Positions 63,140-64,000 of a DNA stretch of 64,000 nt are shown one piece after another. Below the pieces are notes generated by a model. The model made no database searches. It was not told the origin of the DNA and saw nothing but the letters and a program-made list of their open reading frames with translations. Position 1 is the first letter of the stretch. The number at the start of each line of letters is the position of its first letter. A program made the translations under genes and the position numbers. The stretch is from a virus, in the IMG/VR virus record IMGVR_UViG_3300027754_000003, positions 34,061 through 98,060 of that record. One strand, written 5' to 3'.

Positions 63140-63990
63140 TACGGTTGTTGAGTTCTTGGATTGTTAGTTGTTGGGCGACCCTGTCGTGTTGCATTGTGTC
63201 CACGGACATGTGCATTTCCACCAGTTGAAACAGCCATACCAGGGCCATCAGTGGTTGCATTTCCACCAGTTGAGATAGCCATACCGCCACCGCCAATGTT
63301 GCCAGCGTTGAAAGAGTTGTTACCGAAGGTGTTGTTGTTTCCTTGAAAAGCGTTATTACTTGAAGTGTCGTTAACAACTGCACCGTTCATGTTTCTGCCG
63401 TAGTTCTTGCTGGTGTTTTGTGGTGCATATGTGTTACCGCCACCGCCACTTGGGGGTGCTGGAGGGGCAAACCCACCTGAACCACCACCAGTTGGAGGTG
63501 CTGGAGGAGGATAACTACCACCACCAGGCTTTACACCCCCACCAGGAGGTGGGGGAGGTGCTCCACCGCCAGAACCCGATGTTGGGCGTGGAGGATTTGG
63601 AGGTGCTCCAGCACCAGCAGTTGGTGCTCCACCTTTACCGCCAGAACCTGCAATCCATCCACGAATACGTGAACCAAAACTTGGCTTAGTCGGTTTTGCT
63701 TCAGGAGCAGTTGCAGGCTCGCTTGCAGGAGCCGATTGTGGTTTTGGAGTCGTGTCTCGGCTACCGTTTGCCTTCATTTCACGAAGTTTGCGAATACGTT
63801 CAGCATTAGCCTTAGCCTCAGTAGCATCTCCGTAAACAGGCTCACTCTTACCAGACTTATCACCATTCAAAATAAACTTTTTACCATCACCTCGTGGTTT
63901 TGGTGCAGCATCTGCGTTCATGTCTGCTTCCCACTTGTCACCAACAGCATCCATGTCTGCTTTGTTTTGGGCTTTTTCTTCTGGTGACAT
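63139..63990 (-). CDS. Low-complexity Gly/Pro-rich protein
   Basis: Poly-Pro/Gly tracts; segments shared with 61477-62298; GAGG SD. Confidence 0.65.
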   Translation of the reverse strand: MSPEEKAQNKADMDAVGDKWEADMNADAAPKPRGDGKKFILNGDKSGKSEPVYGDATEAKANAERIRKLREMKANGSRDTTPKPQSAPASEPATAPEAKPTKPSFGSRIRGWIAGSGGKGGAPTAGAGAPPNPPRPTSGSGGGAPPPPPGGGVKPGGGSYPPPAPPTGGGSGGFAPPAPPSGGGGNTYAPQNTSKNYGRNMNGAVVNDTSSNNAFQGNNNTFGNNSFNAGNIGGGGMAISTGGNATTDGPGMAVSTGGNAHVRGHNATRQGRPTTNNPRTQQP

Positions 63991-64000
63991 TTTGTCCTCA

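Larger units (their letters stand above)
1..64000. mobile_element. Tailed bacteriophage genome fragment, probably infecting Actinomycetota
   Basis: Major capsid, scaffold, portal, TerL, endolysin and fibre genes; dense co-oriented small ORFs; two WhiB genes; no host housekeeping genes or integrase seen. Confidence 0.96.

Noticed and set aside
1-64000. Stop-codon reassignment, tRNA genes or an integrase
   Set aside because: Genes pack tightly under the standard code with all three stop codons used; no cloverleaf or recombinase motif was recognised by eye (tRNAscan not run)

Overview
The whole 64 kb window is a fragment of a large tailed phage (Caudoviricetes) genome. Two WhiB regulators and many leaderless TANNNT promoters point to an Actinomycetota host; this is an inference. 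Layout, mostly on the minus strand: (1) head, packaging and lysis genes at 1-13.5 kb (N4-gp56-type major capsid, scaffold, portal, a proteasome-beta/HslV-like Thr protease, metallophosphoesterase, M15 endolysin cassette, TerL); (2) a glycosylation operon behind a mucin-like membrane protein at 13.5-18.6 kb; (3) fibre-like genes flanking a block of 2OG-Fe(II)/cupin oxygenases and a flavin-dependent halogenase, next to an unusual His-rich fibre, at 19-35.4 kb; (4) at 35.4-42.8 kb, about 12 small proteins with unrelated catalytic folds (two ADP-ribosyltransferase-like, GNAT, three ParB/Srx, papain/transglutaminase-like, two zincins, HicA-like) that share a short N-terminal peptide (H)L[NSG]x(x)Q[FL]; (5) a non-coding strand switch with iterated palindromes near 43 kb; (6) an early/host-takeover-type region with canonical -35/-10 promoters at 43.4-57 kb; (7) a putative nucleotide-modification cluster and low-complexity proteins at 57-64 kb. 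Region (4) is the best candidate for an undescribed system: a set of signal-tagged effector cargo proteins. No CRISPR array, tRNA, rRNA, integrase or reverse transcriptase was seen. All family calls come from reading motifs by eye; no database search was run.
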